The position numbers and the translations under genes were made by a program. Under the pieces are notes generated by a model. It was not told the origin of the DNA. It searched no databases and was given only the letters and a program-made list of their open reading frames with translations. This document shows, one piece after another, positions 1-8,235 of a DNA stretch of 19,992 nucleotides. Origin of the DNA: Armatimonadota bacterium (GTDB lineage Bacteria > Sysuimicrobiota > Sysuimicrobiia > Sysuimicrobiales > Humicultoraceae). The stretch spans positions 1-19,992 of the forward strand of contig JBQTJP010000039.1 in the NCBI GenBank assembly GCA_052386995.1, given 5' to 3'. Each line of letters starts with the position of its first letter. Position 1 is the stretch's first letter.

Positions 1-465
1 CCGACGGGGTGAGGCGAACCGCTGGTCCATGACGCGCTCAAAGGTGAACGCCACGTCCTCGGCTTTGAACTCCTTGCCGTTGTGGAATCGAACGCCGCGG
101 CGCAGCCGGAAGACGTATGTCGTCGGAGTCGGTTGCTCCCAGGATTCGGCGAGCAGGGGCACCATCCCGTCGAGACGAGGGTTGGCCCGTACCAGACCCT
201 CGTAAATCTGGGTGTAGACCTGAAACCCCACAATCGTCACAGACTTGTGGGGGTCGATCGTGTCGATCTCGCCGTCCAGGGCGACCTTCAAGACGCCGCC
301 CCGCTTGGGCTCGACCGCACCGGCCGCTGCCATGGGGAGGCGGCCGGCGAGGACATCGGCAACGAGCCCAGCTGAAAGACCGATCGCCGCGGCCTTGCTG
401 AGGAACTCGCGGCGGGAGATCTTCGCCGTCCAGAAATCGACGATCAGTCGATCGGCCTGCGACAC
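1..465 (-). CDS. ABC transporter substrate-binding protein, family 5 (DppA/OppA-like), Tat-exported; partial, runs off the left edge
   Basis: Not in the ORF track; translated manually from GTG at 463-465: MSQADRLIVDFWTAKISRREFLSKAAAIGL...PKRGGVLKVALDGEIDTIDPH...IYEGLV...PLLAESWE...YVFRLRRGVRFHNGKEFKAEDVAFTFER. Contains the SBP_bac_5 signature (LAESW..Y.F.LR.GV.FHNG..F.AEDV) and twin-arginine motif SRREFL. SD GGAGGTGA at 471-478. Confidence 0.93.
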   Translation of the reverse strand, partial: MSQADRLIVDFWTAKISRREFLSKAAAIGLSAGLVADVLAGRLPMAAAGAVEPKRGGVLKVALDGEIDTIDPHKSVTIVGFQVYTQIYEGLVRANPRLDGMVPLLAESWEQPTPTTYVFRLRRGVRFHNGKEFKAEDVAFTFERVMDQRFASPRR

Positions 466-540
466 CCCCGTCACCTCCCTCTCCTGGAATCAAACTCGTC
501 GATTGGAATTCAATGTGGCATGGGCGGAGATGTGGCTGTG

Positions 541-565
541 CTTCACGATGGAACGGCGTTTTCCT
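541..565 (-). promoter_or_regulatory. SigH-like promoter (AGGA-N17-GAAG) upstream of the SBP gene
   Basis: Minus strand reads AGGA-aaacgccgttccatcgt-GAAG. This matches the Bacillus sigma-H spacing AGGA-N17-GAAT with one mismatch and lies in the 145-bp intergenic gap. Confidence 0.4.
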
Positions 566-610
566 TCCGGAGCCCGCATCATCCGGAGTCTACTTCAGGC
601 AAGGTTCAGG

Positions 611-2566
611 TTACGTCACCGGATGCTGCTTAGTATGCGCCAGCCGACCGCCGGCAAGCAGATACTGCCGGTCGCGTTCGTTGAGGTTGACCTTCACGGG
701 GAACTCGTAACCCTTCGTCGTGTTGCGCACCGTGAATGTCTCCGCACCGCTTTCGACATGCCGGCGGACATTGGGTATCTCGAGCCGGTCCCCCTGGGAG
801 ATCTTCTCGACATCGGCCGGATCGGTAAAGACCATCGGGACCAGGCCCCAGTTGATCAAGTTCGCGTGATGGATGCGCGGGAACGACTTCGCGAACACAC
901 CGGTGACGCCCAGGTACATCGGCGCGAGGGCCGCGTGCTCGCGGCTTGATCCCTGCCCGTAGTTCTCGCCTCCCACGATGAAGCCGGCCCCGGCGGCTTT
1001 CGCGCGGCCCGCGAAGGTGGGATCGAGCCGGTGGAAGACATACTCGCTGATCTTGGGGACATTCGAACGGTACGCGACGATCTCTGCACCGGCGGGCATG
1101 ATGTGATCGGTGGTAATGTCGTCGCCCAGCTTGATCAGGACCTCTCCGGCCAATGACTCCTCCAGCGGTCCCTTCACCGGCACCGGGACGATGTTCTTGC
1201 CGCGGTCGACCTCGAGCTTCACCGCCGTGTCCGCCGGCTCTGGGGCGATCAACAGCGGGTTGTCCTGCGGCATGGCCTTGGGGATCTCGGAGGACGGGGC
1301 CTTGATACCCATCTCCCGCTCCAGCCGACGGGGGTCGGTGATGACGCCGCGCAGCGCGGTGGCGGCCGCGGTTTCGGCGCTGGCGAGGTAGACTTGATCG
1401 TCAGCGATGCCGGAACGCCCCTTAAAGTTGCGGTTGATCGCCCGCAAGCTTTTGATGCCCGGCGCGGGGACATGCCCGAAGCCAATGCAAGCCCCGCAGG
1501 TCGGCTCGGCGACGTTCACGCCGGCCGAGATCAGATCGGTCACCATCCCCTCTCTTGCCATGACCTCCAGTCCCTGGCGGCTGCTGGGGTGGATGAAGAA
1601 GAACACGTCGGGGTGCACCCGGTGTCCTTTGACAATCCGGGCCACGGCCTGCATATCCGTGTAGGAGCCGTTGGTGCAGGATCCGACCATGACCTGGTTG
1701 ATTTTTGTGCCCTCGGCCTCGCGCACGGGCACGACCTTGTCCGGCAGGCTCGGCAGTGCTATCAGCGGCTCGATCTTTGAGAGGTCGATCTCGATCACCT
1801 CATCGTAGGCGGCATCCGCGTCAGGCAGCACTTCTCGCCAATCGTTGGGTCTCCCCACGCGCTGGAAGAAGTCCCGCGTGACCTCGTCGGACGGGAAGAT
1901 CCCGGTCGTCGCCCCGAGCTCGATCATCATGTTGGTGATCGTCACGCGCTGCTGGGCGTTCAGAGTCTTGACGCCGGGGCCGGTGAACTCAAGGAGTTTG
2001 TTCTTGCCCCCTCGGACGGTGAGGCGGCGCAGAAGCTCCAGCATGACGTCCTTGGCCGTCGACCACGGCGGCAGTTGCCCGGTCAGGCGCACGTTGACGA
2101 CCCGCGGCATCTCCAGATGGTAGGGGCCGCCGGCCATCGCGATCGCTACGTCCATGCCGCCGGATCCAATGGCGAGCATGCCGATACCGCCCTGGTGCGG
2201 CGTGTGGCTGTCGGCGCCCAGCGCCGTCTCGCCCGGCACCGCGAAATGCTCCTGATGGATCTGGTGGCCGATGCCCGAGGCGGGCTTCGCAAACCAGATG
2301 CCGTACTTCCGGCATGCGTTGCGCATATAGATGTGGTCTTCCATGTTCTCGGGGGTAATGTGCAGGACGTTGTGGTCGGCGTACCCGGCCGCGACACGCA
2401 CGCGCACCCGCGACAGCCCCATCGCCTCGAACTGCATGATCGCCGTCGTGCCCGTCATGTCCTGGATGAGGACCTGGTCGATCTTCAAACCGATCTCCTC
2501 ACCCGCGACGGCCTTCCCGTCGACCAGGTGAGACTCGATGATCTTCTGCGCCACACCCTTGCCCAT
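611..2566 (-). CDS. Aconitate hydratase, putative Aquifex/archaeal type (about 650 aa, fused catalytic and swivel domains)
   Basis: Motifs QDMTGT, DHN, GIGHQ, GADSHT, GSCTN and CGACIG (three 4Fe-4S Cys ligands), NRNFKGRSG, swivel-domain DDITTDHI and NYGQGSSREHAA. ATG at 2564-2566 follows SD GGAGGAGG. Confidence 0.93.
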   Translation of the reverse strand: MGKGVAQKIIESHLVDGKAVAGEEIGLKIDQVLIQDMTGTTAIMQFEAMGLSRVRVRVAAGYADHNVLHITPENMEDHIYMRNACRKYGIWFAKPASGIGHQIHQEHFAVPGETALGADSHTPHQGGIGMLAIGSGGMDVAIAMAGGPYHLEMPRVVNVRLTGQLPPWSTAKDVMLELLRRLTVRGGKNKLLEFTGPGVKTLNAQQRVTITNMMIELGATTGIFPSDEVTRDFFQRVGRPNDWREVLPDADAAYDEVIEIDLSKIEPLIALPSLPDKVVPVREAEGTKINQVMVGSCTNGSYTDMQAVARIVKGHRVHPDVFFFIHPSSRQGLEVMAREGMVTDLISAGVNVAEPTCGACIGFGHVPAPGIKSLRAINRNFKGRSGIADDQVYLASAETAAATALRGVITDPRRLEREMGIKAPSSEIPKAMPQDNPLLIAPEPADTAVKLEVDRGKNIVPVPVKGPLEESLAGEVLIKLGDDITTDHIMPAGAEIVAYRSNVPKISEYVFHRLDPTFAGRAKAAGAGFIVGGENYGQGSSREHAALAPMYLGVTGVFAKSFPRIHHANLINWGLVPMVFTDPADVEKISQGDRLEIPNVRRHVESGAETFTVRNTTKGYEFPVKVNLNERDRQYLLAGGRLAHTKQHPVT

Positions 2567-2613
2567 CAAGTGCCTCCTCCGAGAATGGTGTCCGGATCTA
2601 TTCTACTCTCTGT

Positions 2614-3588
2614 TCAGGTCTCCACCGCCTGACGCACCGCCCGGAGGTTGGCCTCGGGGGCGTCGATGGGAATCACGCAGCCCGCGGCCACGATAATGCG
2701 TTTTCCGCCTGTCTGGGCGACGGCGTCCTTGACTTCGGCGGTAACCTTCTCAACAGCGGCCCCGCCGATGGTCTCCATGGCGTCCAGGCCGCCGGCCAGC
2801 GTGCCAGAGTAGACCTCCCGCGCTTCTTTGAGCGACGGCTCGGTCTTGCGATCGTGCCAGTTGAGGGCGTGGACGGGATAGTCGGTGAGCTGCTCGAACA
2901 TGATGCGCTCGCCGTGGATGTGGAGGATGACGATCTCGGCGGCGCGCGCCGCATCCAGGACGCGCAGGTCATAGGGCCGGGCAAACTCCTCGTACTCCTC
3001 GATGGTCATGTAGGCCGTCGAGGCACACTGGGTGGCGAAGAAGATCCCGTCAGCGCCGGCCGCGAGGCACTCGCTGGCGAACTGGCCCGTGGTCTCGGCG
3101 ATGATGTCGAGGCCTTCGTGCGTCTCATTCTCCGAGCCGCGAATGTACCGCACCAGCGCGGTCCCGCCGGCAAGGTGGTGGGCGATCGTCAGCGGGCTGA
3201 AGACCGTGGCAAGGAGAACGTCGTCCGGGAGGGCTTTGCGGATCAGCCGCAGCGCCTGGAGCTCGCGGCCGTAGGTGCCCGCGGTGACGTCGAGGCGCTT
3301 GAGTTTGGGCCAGTCGGTTTCCTTCTTGATCGGCCTGTCCGTGTAGTGCCGAATTCCCTCACGATTCGGCTTGTAGGCGCCGCGCAATCCCCAGTCATCA
3401 CCGTAGTAGCCGCTGGTCGGCGTGACCTTGAGGAAATCCCAGTCGAATGCCTTTTGAAACGCCACGTGGGCCTGGGCCAGCGTCTGCGCCCGCTGATCCT
3501 CCTGGGGGAAGTGCCGCCACAGCGCAACCGGCGGTCGGTCGACCGGCTTCCCGTCGAGCGCCGCGTAGACTCGCTCGCGCTTCGTCAC
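2614..3588 (-). CDS. Uroporphyrinogen decarboxylase-like (URO-D/CIMS TIM-barrel superfamily) protein, not canonical HemE
   Basis: MTKRERV..AL.GKPVDRPPV N-terminus, FSPLT, AGADGIF, YEEF.RPYD, LAGGLD, and C-terminal AGCVIP..APEANL. Has WRHF where HemE has MRQAGR. The GTG start abuts the upstream TAG. Confidence 0.85.
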   Translation of the reverse strand: MTKRERVYAALDGKPVDRPPVALWRHFPQEDQRAQTLAQAHVAFQKAFDWDFLKVTPTSGYYGDDWGLRGAYKPNREGIRHYTDRPIKKETDWPKLKRLDVTAGTYGRELQALRLIRKALPDDVLLATVFSPLTIAHHLAGGTALVRYIRGSENETHEGLDIIAETTGQFASECLAAGADGIFFATQCASTAYMTIEEYEEFARPYDLRVLDAARAAEIVILHIHGERIMFEQLTDYPVHALNWHDRKTEPSLKEAREVYSGTLAGGLDAMETIGGAAVEKVTAEVKDAVAQTGGKRIIVAAGCVIPIDAPEANLRAVRQAVET

Positions 3589-4626
3589 CTAGTTCGCACT
3601 CCTTCCTTTGATGCTCTCCCCTCCGGTCGCGGCGGGCAAGCCCGCCGTCGACAAGAGCGTACGAAGTGCCTCGATGGCGATGTTGCCACCGCTGAGAATG
3701 AGGCCGACCTTGCGGCCGGCGATGCGGTCACTCAAGCGGCGCGCGGCCGCAACCGGCGCCGCGCCGGCATGCTCCGCTATCTGGCGGATGGTGTCGAGGA
3801 GGATTCGGATTCCGTCCTCCATCTCCTCGTCGCTCACCAGGACCATGTCGTCGAGCCGATCCCACAGGATGCCGAGTGTGAGCTCGAAGGGGACGCGCGT
3901 CTGCAGGCCTTCGGCTCTCGTCTTCGCGTCGTCGGTGGTGATCATCTTTCGTGCGCGCCAGGAGCGCTCCACCGCCGGGGCGCCCGTCGCCTGGACGCCG
4001 ATCACCTCGAGGGTGGGGCGGATGGTTTTCGCCGTGATTCCGTGTCCGCTGGCCCCTGATCCTCCTCCCACAGGCACGATGATCACGTCCAGGTCGGGAA
4101 CTTCTTCGATGAGCTCGAGGCTCGCGGTGGCGACGCCGGCGATGAGCAGCGGTTCGTTGGCAGAATGAATGTAGCGGTACCCTTCGGCGGCGGCGGTGCG
4201 CTCGACCCACTCGCGGGCCTCGTCGAAGTCTCTGCCGACCTCGACGACCTCCGCGCCAAGGTCTCGCATTGCCCGAAGCTTGACGGGGTTGGCGCTCTTG
4301 GGGACGCCGATGATCGCGCGGACCCCGAAGAGGCGTGACGCATAGGCGATCGACTGGCCGTGATTGCCGGTCGATGATGCGATGACGCCCCGGCCGCGCT
4401 CGTCCGCGGTGAGATGAGACAGGAGATTGATGCCGCCGCGAATCTTGAACGCGCGCGTTGGGTTCGTGTTCTCGCACTTGACGAACGCGTGACAGCCGAG
4501 CAGGCGGTCCAGCGCCGGCGCCGTGAGGACGGGCGTCGGACGCAGGTAGGGGGCGATCGCGCGCCGCGCGGCCATGACGTCCCCGAGGGTCGGCCGGACG
4601 AGCTCCGGCTGCGTGTCAGGCACCAT
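3589..4626 (-). CDS. PLP-dependent fold-II threonine/serine dehydratase or serine racemase-like enzyme, catalytic domain only
   Basis: KCEN.NPTRAFKIRGG (PLP lysine), SSTGNHGQ, PVGGGSG phosphate loop, LSGGN. No ACT regulatory domains. Start moved to ATG 4624-4626 (GGAG upstream), which overlaps the end of DUF1028. Confidence 0.9.
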   Translation of the reverse strand: MVPDTQPELVRPTLGDVMAARRAIAPYLRPTPVLTAPALDRLLGCHAFVKCENTNPTRAFKIRGGINLLSHLTADERGRGVIASSTGNHGQSIAYASRLFGVRAIIGVPKSANPVKLRAMRDLGAEVVEVGRDFDEAREWVERTAAAEGYRYIHSANEPLLIAGVATASLELIEEVPDLDVIIVPVGGGSGASGHGITAKTIRPTLEVIGVQATGAPAVERSWRARKMITTDDAKTRAEGLQTRVPFELTLGILWDRLDDMVLVSDEEMEDGIRILLDTIRQIAEHAGAAPVAAARRLSDRIAGRKVGLILSGGNIAIEALRTLLSTAGLPAATGGESIKGRSAN

Positions 4627-5482
4627 AGCGTCTCCGCATGAACGCCAGGATCTCGCGATCGACCAGATCGTCTTCGCGCCAGCGTTCCTCGAAATTCTCG
4701 ATGCTGCACCACTGCCTGAACGCATCTTTTGTCGTCTGGCCGTAGACGCCGTCGATTGGGCCCCGGTACGCCCCGGCTTTCGCGAGCATCTCCTGGACCA
4801 GTCGGGCCACGTTGCCAGCGACGCGCGTCAGGCTGGCCTTGTCGGCCGCGCCGAAGTAGAGCCGGTGCAGGTCAAGAAGCTTGCGCAGCTCGTCGACCGG
4901 CGCCGCGTGGTCGTCGACACGCAGGTCGACGTAGCGATCCAGGTAGCCGCCGTACGAGCTTTTCTCCTTGACGACGTAGAGCGCCGCGGACTGCTGGCCG
5001 CGGCTGTCGCCGCCGTGTTCCTGGCCGGCGGCCAGCGCCGCGACGAGCCGCTCGGGGAGCGGGCCCGCGGTCCGTTCGAAGGTTTCGGCCATCGCACGAA
5101 CGACGGCCTCGCCGGTCAAGATATTGCCCTGGCAGGTAAACCCCGATCCCGTCACGTGCCCCGCCCACGGGAAGCAGTCGGTGCCGGTCCAGGCCGCCGC
5201 GCCGCCTCGGCTGTCCACGATCCCCACCTGCCGATGTGATCGTCCGTCATCGCCCGCAGTCAGCCGGTCGACAACCTCGCGAGCCGGCAGGCCTTGCCGC
5301 AGCAGCTCCAGGCCGTCGGGGCCGAACGACAGGTTCGCCCACGCCTGCGTCGCAAGCGCGCCCGCACCCGCCTGCGCCCAGGGGACGACCGCGCCCACCG
5401 AGAGGAATTTGCTCGCGACGGCCACGCCCGACTCGCCGGTCGCGGGATCGTGTGCCACTATGGAAAACGTCGACGGGCGCAT
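4616..5482 (-). CDS. DUF1028 Ntn-hydrolase-like protein with C-terminal putative peptidoglycan-binding domain
   Basis: N-terminal TFSIVA.DP..GE.GVAVASKFL.VG, ATQA, QGNIL.G, GGD.RG.QSAAL, DLRVDDH..P. C-terminal YRGPIDGVY..T..AF..W...ENFEER. Start taken at ATG 5480-5482. Confidence 0.9.
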   Translation of the reverse strand: MRPSTFSIVAHDPATGESGVAVASKFLSVGAVVPWAQAGAGALATQAWANLSFGPDGLELLRQGLPAREVVDRLTAGDDGRSHRQVGIVDSRGGAAAWTGTDCFPWAGHVTGSGFTCQGNILTGEAVVRAMAETFERTAGPLPERLVAALAAGQEHGGDSRGQQSAALYVVKEKSSYGGYLDRYVDLRVDDHAAPVDELRKLLDLHRLYFGAADKASLTRVAGNVARLVQEMLAKAGAYRGPIDGVYGQTTKDAFRQWCSIENFEERWREDDLVDREILAFMRRRYGA

Positions 5483-5493
5483 GTGAGCCAGAC

Positions 5494-6081
5494 CTACTCG
5501 CCGGGCCACCGCATCGGAAAGTCGCCGACCAGATAGAACCGACCTTCGACGTAGTCCACGGTCGCCAGGGCCATGTCGGGCAGGGTCTCAACCAGCTCGC
5601 GCGACACCGCGGCCTGAAGCTGCTGCGCCCGAAATGCCAGGAGGATGGCGGGATGACTGATGACCAGCGTCGAGCGCCCGTAGAACTGGTCGGCGATGGC
5701 GCGCAGCGCGACGGTCAGCCTGTGCGCACCGTCGGTGAGCGATTCACCGTCCGGCGCGGTGACGGGCGACTCAAAGAGGCGATCCAGCCAGGCGGCGTAG
5801 CCGCCGGCATCGGAGATGAGGGAGGCGGTGCGGATCTCATCGAGGTCGTCGCGCCACCTCACCGGCAGCGCCCGGACGGCGCCCACGGCCTCGGCCGTCT
5901 CACGTGCAGGACGCTGGGCGCTCGCAGCGATGTGATCGAACCTTGGGAGGCGTGAGGCGGTCAGTTCGGCGGCGGTCAGCCCCGCCGCCGACAGCGGCGG
6001 CTCTCCGTCGATTGCGCCGGACCAGTCTACCTCGCCGTGCCGCATGAGGAGCAGCCGCGTCTGAACCGCCTCAACACCCAC
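5494..6081 (-). CDS. Histidine phosphatase (phosphoglycerate mutase-like) family protein, active site partly degenerate
   Basis: LLLMRHGE motif, PLS..G..A, L.EI, P.GES, LVISH. Confidence 0.85.
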   Translation of the reverse strand: MGVEAVQTRLLLMRHGEVDWSGAIDGEPPLSAAGLTAAELTASRLPRFDHIAASAQRPARETAEAVGAVRALPVRWRDDLDEIRTASLISDAGGYAAWLDRLFESPVTAPDGESLTDGAHRLTVALRAIADQFYGRSTLVISHPAILLAFRAQQLQAAVSRELVETLPDMALATVDYVEGRFYLVGDFPMRWPGE

Positions 6082-6105
6082 GGTCGCTCATCCGCATGGC
6101 GGCAT

Positions 6106-6612
6106 CTAGAGGTCGCGCTTGAGGTGGTGCATGTACGAGGTGAACCCCAGGCGTTCCCAGAACGCCACGGCCTGAGGATTCCTTACCGCGACCGTGAGTT
6201 CGACGATCGTCACGTCTTCGCCCCGCATCCATGCCAGCAGGGTCTCCACCAAGCGGCCGCCAACGCCTCGGTTCCTGTACCGCTCCCGGGTGACCAGGTC
6301 GTGAATGTACCCGCGACGCCGTCGCTCGAAGAAGCCGGGCAGCAGCGAGATCCGTCCGACCCCGTAACCGATGAGCCGGCCGGTCCGTATCGCGACGACA
6401 GCAAGGGCGTCGTCGCGTCCGAGCAGGCCGCGGATGAAGGCCCGGTATTCGGCCTGCCACTGCGGCGAGGGCGCGAACGCGCGATCCAGCTGCGCATGGT
6501 GCAACGCCAGCTCGCCCCAGGCCTCGACGATCTCCGGGAGGTCCCGGGCAATCGCCGCCCGGATCTCGCACTCGAGAGGCTCAGTGTGCGGTGCTTTAGT
6601 AGGAACGGCCAT
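6106..6612 (-). CDS. GNAT family N-acetyltransferase
   Basis: YIHDLVT...YRNRGVGGRL (acetyl-CoA motif A) and L.VAVRNPQAVAFWERLGF (motif B). SD GAGGAG upstream of ATG. Confidence 0.92.
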   Translation of the reverse strand: MAVPTKAPHTEPLECEIRAAIARDLPEIVEAWGELALHHAQLDRAFAPSPQWQAEYRAFIRGLLGRDDALAVVAIRTGRLIGYGVGRISLLPGFFERRRRGYIHDLVTRERYRNRGVGGRLVETLLAWMRGEDVTIVELTVAVRNPQAVAFWERLGFTSYMHHLKRDL

Positions 6613-6722
6613 CGAGACTCCTCACAGGACGACCATGAGTTTCGGCCGCGGGGCGAGGACTCCTCCGATAGTTTCCCAGCCACCATCTTCTCTATTCGTT
6701 CCAGGCGAGTACTCTAGAGACT

Positions 6723-8225
6723 GTGGGTACAGGCCTGGGGGAAAGACTAAAGCCTTACCTTGCCATCTCTGCGTCCTGTCTCGTGGTCACTGTCGGGATG
6801 GTAGCCGTCCGCTCATCTCTCAGTCTTGCGACCGTCGCGCTTGTCTATCTCCTGCTGGTATTCCTCAGCGCAGTCTGGCTGGGTCGAGGGCCGAGCCTGA
6901 CGGCGAGCCTGCTGTCCTTTCTCGCCTCGAACTATTTCTTCACCGTGCCCTACGGGACGTTCCGAGTCGCCTCGACGCAGGACATCATCAGTCTCTTCAT
7001 CTTCCTGTTCGTTGCTGAAACGACATCCCGTTTGGTCGCACGACTGCGCGAACGCGAGGCGGAGGCGCGGGGGAAAGCGTGGGAAGCCTCAACACTGTAT
7101 GCACTCACCCACGACATGAACGCCTCGACGCGCCCCGAGGAGATTCTTAAAGACCTGGCTCCTCGGATCGTTGGGCTGGTGGGCGTCGGCACGTGCTCGA
7201 TCTACGTGCCCGATGAGGCCGGACGTCTGCGTCTCTACACTTCCGCGCCGGGCTCGGCCGCGGAGAAGGCCGAAGCTGTTGCTGGCACGGCCATGCGCGC
7301 ATTCATCGCGGCTCAGCCGGTCGACGACAAGACCGACCTCTTTCTCCCGCTCACGGTGGGCGACAAGGTCGTAGGAGTGCTGCACGTGACATCGCCGCGC
7401 GGGGAAGTCCGCATCCCAGAAGCTACCCGTCGATTGCTGCGCACCTTTGCCGGGCAGACGGCGGGCCTCATCGAGCGCCTGCGGCTGCAGCAGGAAGCGT
7501 CAGAGGCTGAAGTGCTCCGAAAGACCGACGAACTCAAGTCAGCGCTCCTCTCGGCAGTGTCCCATGATCTCCGGACACCGCTCGCCTCGATCCGAATCGC
7601 AGCCACGGGGCTTCTTCAGAACCATCTCCGCTCGGATGAGGACGCCCGGCGAGAGCTGCTGGAGATGATCGACACAGAGGCCGCCCGACTTGCCCGCCTC
7701 GTCAACAATCTCCTCGATCTCTCGCGAATCGAAGCCGGGGTGCTGAAACCCGACAAAGAGTGGCGCGATCTCGAGGAAGTTGTCGCCCGCGCGGTGGATC
7801 ACGTGCATGATCGGCTGCGGGCCCATCGGGTCGATGTCGACATCCCCGCCGAGCTACCCCTGGTTCCTCTCGACTTCACGGAGATCGAGGATGTCCTGGT
7901 GAATCTGCTCGACAATGCCGTCCGCCATTCGCCCGAAGGCACGACTATCCGGATCAGCGCCGCGCAGCGCGATCGTGAGGTCGTCGTGCAGATGGAGAAT
8001 GAAGGTCCGCCGATTCCCCTCGACGCCGCCGGCCAGATCTTCGACCGCTTTTACCGTGTGCAACGCGATCGGCGTGGGCTCGGGCTGGGGTTGGCCATCT
8101 GTAAGGGACTGGTCGAAGCGCACGGGGGCCGCATCTGGGTCGAGCGTCCTGGTGAACCCGGCGCGCGCTTCGCCTTCACGCTGCCCCTGGAGCAAGTGCC
8201 GGCCTCTCACCCTCAACGAGTATAG
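6723..8225 (+). CDS. kdpD: KdpD-like sensor histidine kinase, short form (4-TM DUF4118 + GAF + HisKA + HATPase)
   Basis: Four N-terminal hydrophobic segments with NYFFTVPYGTF, GAF-like middle (LPL.VG..VVGVL), H-box SAVSHDLRTPLASI, LLDLSRIEAG, N-box NLLDNA, F-box IFDRFYR, G2 GLGLGLAICKGLVEAHGGRIW. 500 aa. Confidence 0.88.
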   Translation: MGTGLGERLKPYLAISASCLVVTVGMVAVRSSLSLATVALVYLLLVFLSAVWLGRGPSLTASLLSFLASNYFFTVPYGTFRVASTQDIISLFIFLFVAETTSRLVARLREREAEARGKAWEASTLYALTHDMNASTRPEEILKDLAPRIVGLVGVGTCSIYVPDEAGRLRLYTSAPGSAAEKAEAVAGTAMRAFIAAQPVDDKTDLFLPLTVGDKVVGVLHVTSPRGEVRIPEATRRLLRTFAGQTAGLIERLRLQQEASEAEVLRKTDELKSALLSAVSHDLRTPLASIRIAATGLLQNHLRSDEDARRELLEMIDTEAARLARLVNNLLDLSRIEAGVLKPDKEWRDLEEVVARAVDHVHDRLRAHRVDVDIPAELPLVPLDFTEIEDVLVNLLDNAVRHSPEGTTIRISAAQRDREVVVQMENEGPPIPLDAAGQIFDRFYRVQRDRRGLGLGLAICKGLVEAHGGRIWVERPGEPGARFAFTLPLEQVPASHPQRV

Positions 8226-8235
8226 GCGGCAGGCG

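Noticed and set aside
38..493. 151-aa minus ORF from the track
   Set aside because: It is the wrong frame. The real gene is the edge-truncated SBP at 465..1.
2854..4059. Long antisense ORFs (401 aa here; also 13088-14056, 14534-15508, 16198-17448)
   Set aside because: These are shadow frames of well-supported genes in high-GC DNA, with no recognisable motifs.
6622..6666. Mini-ORF MVVL* and repeated GACTCCTC / GAGGACTCCTC palindrome upstream of the GNAT gene
   Set aside because: The SD-like GGAGGAG is about 22 nt from the ATG, and the short repeats are explained by SD sequence and chance.
7915..8235. N-terminal extension of the 334-aa ORF, suggesting a larger or fused response regulator
   Set aside because: It overlaps the kinase in another frame. 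The receiver domain begins at ATG 8236.
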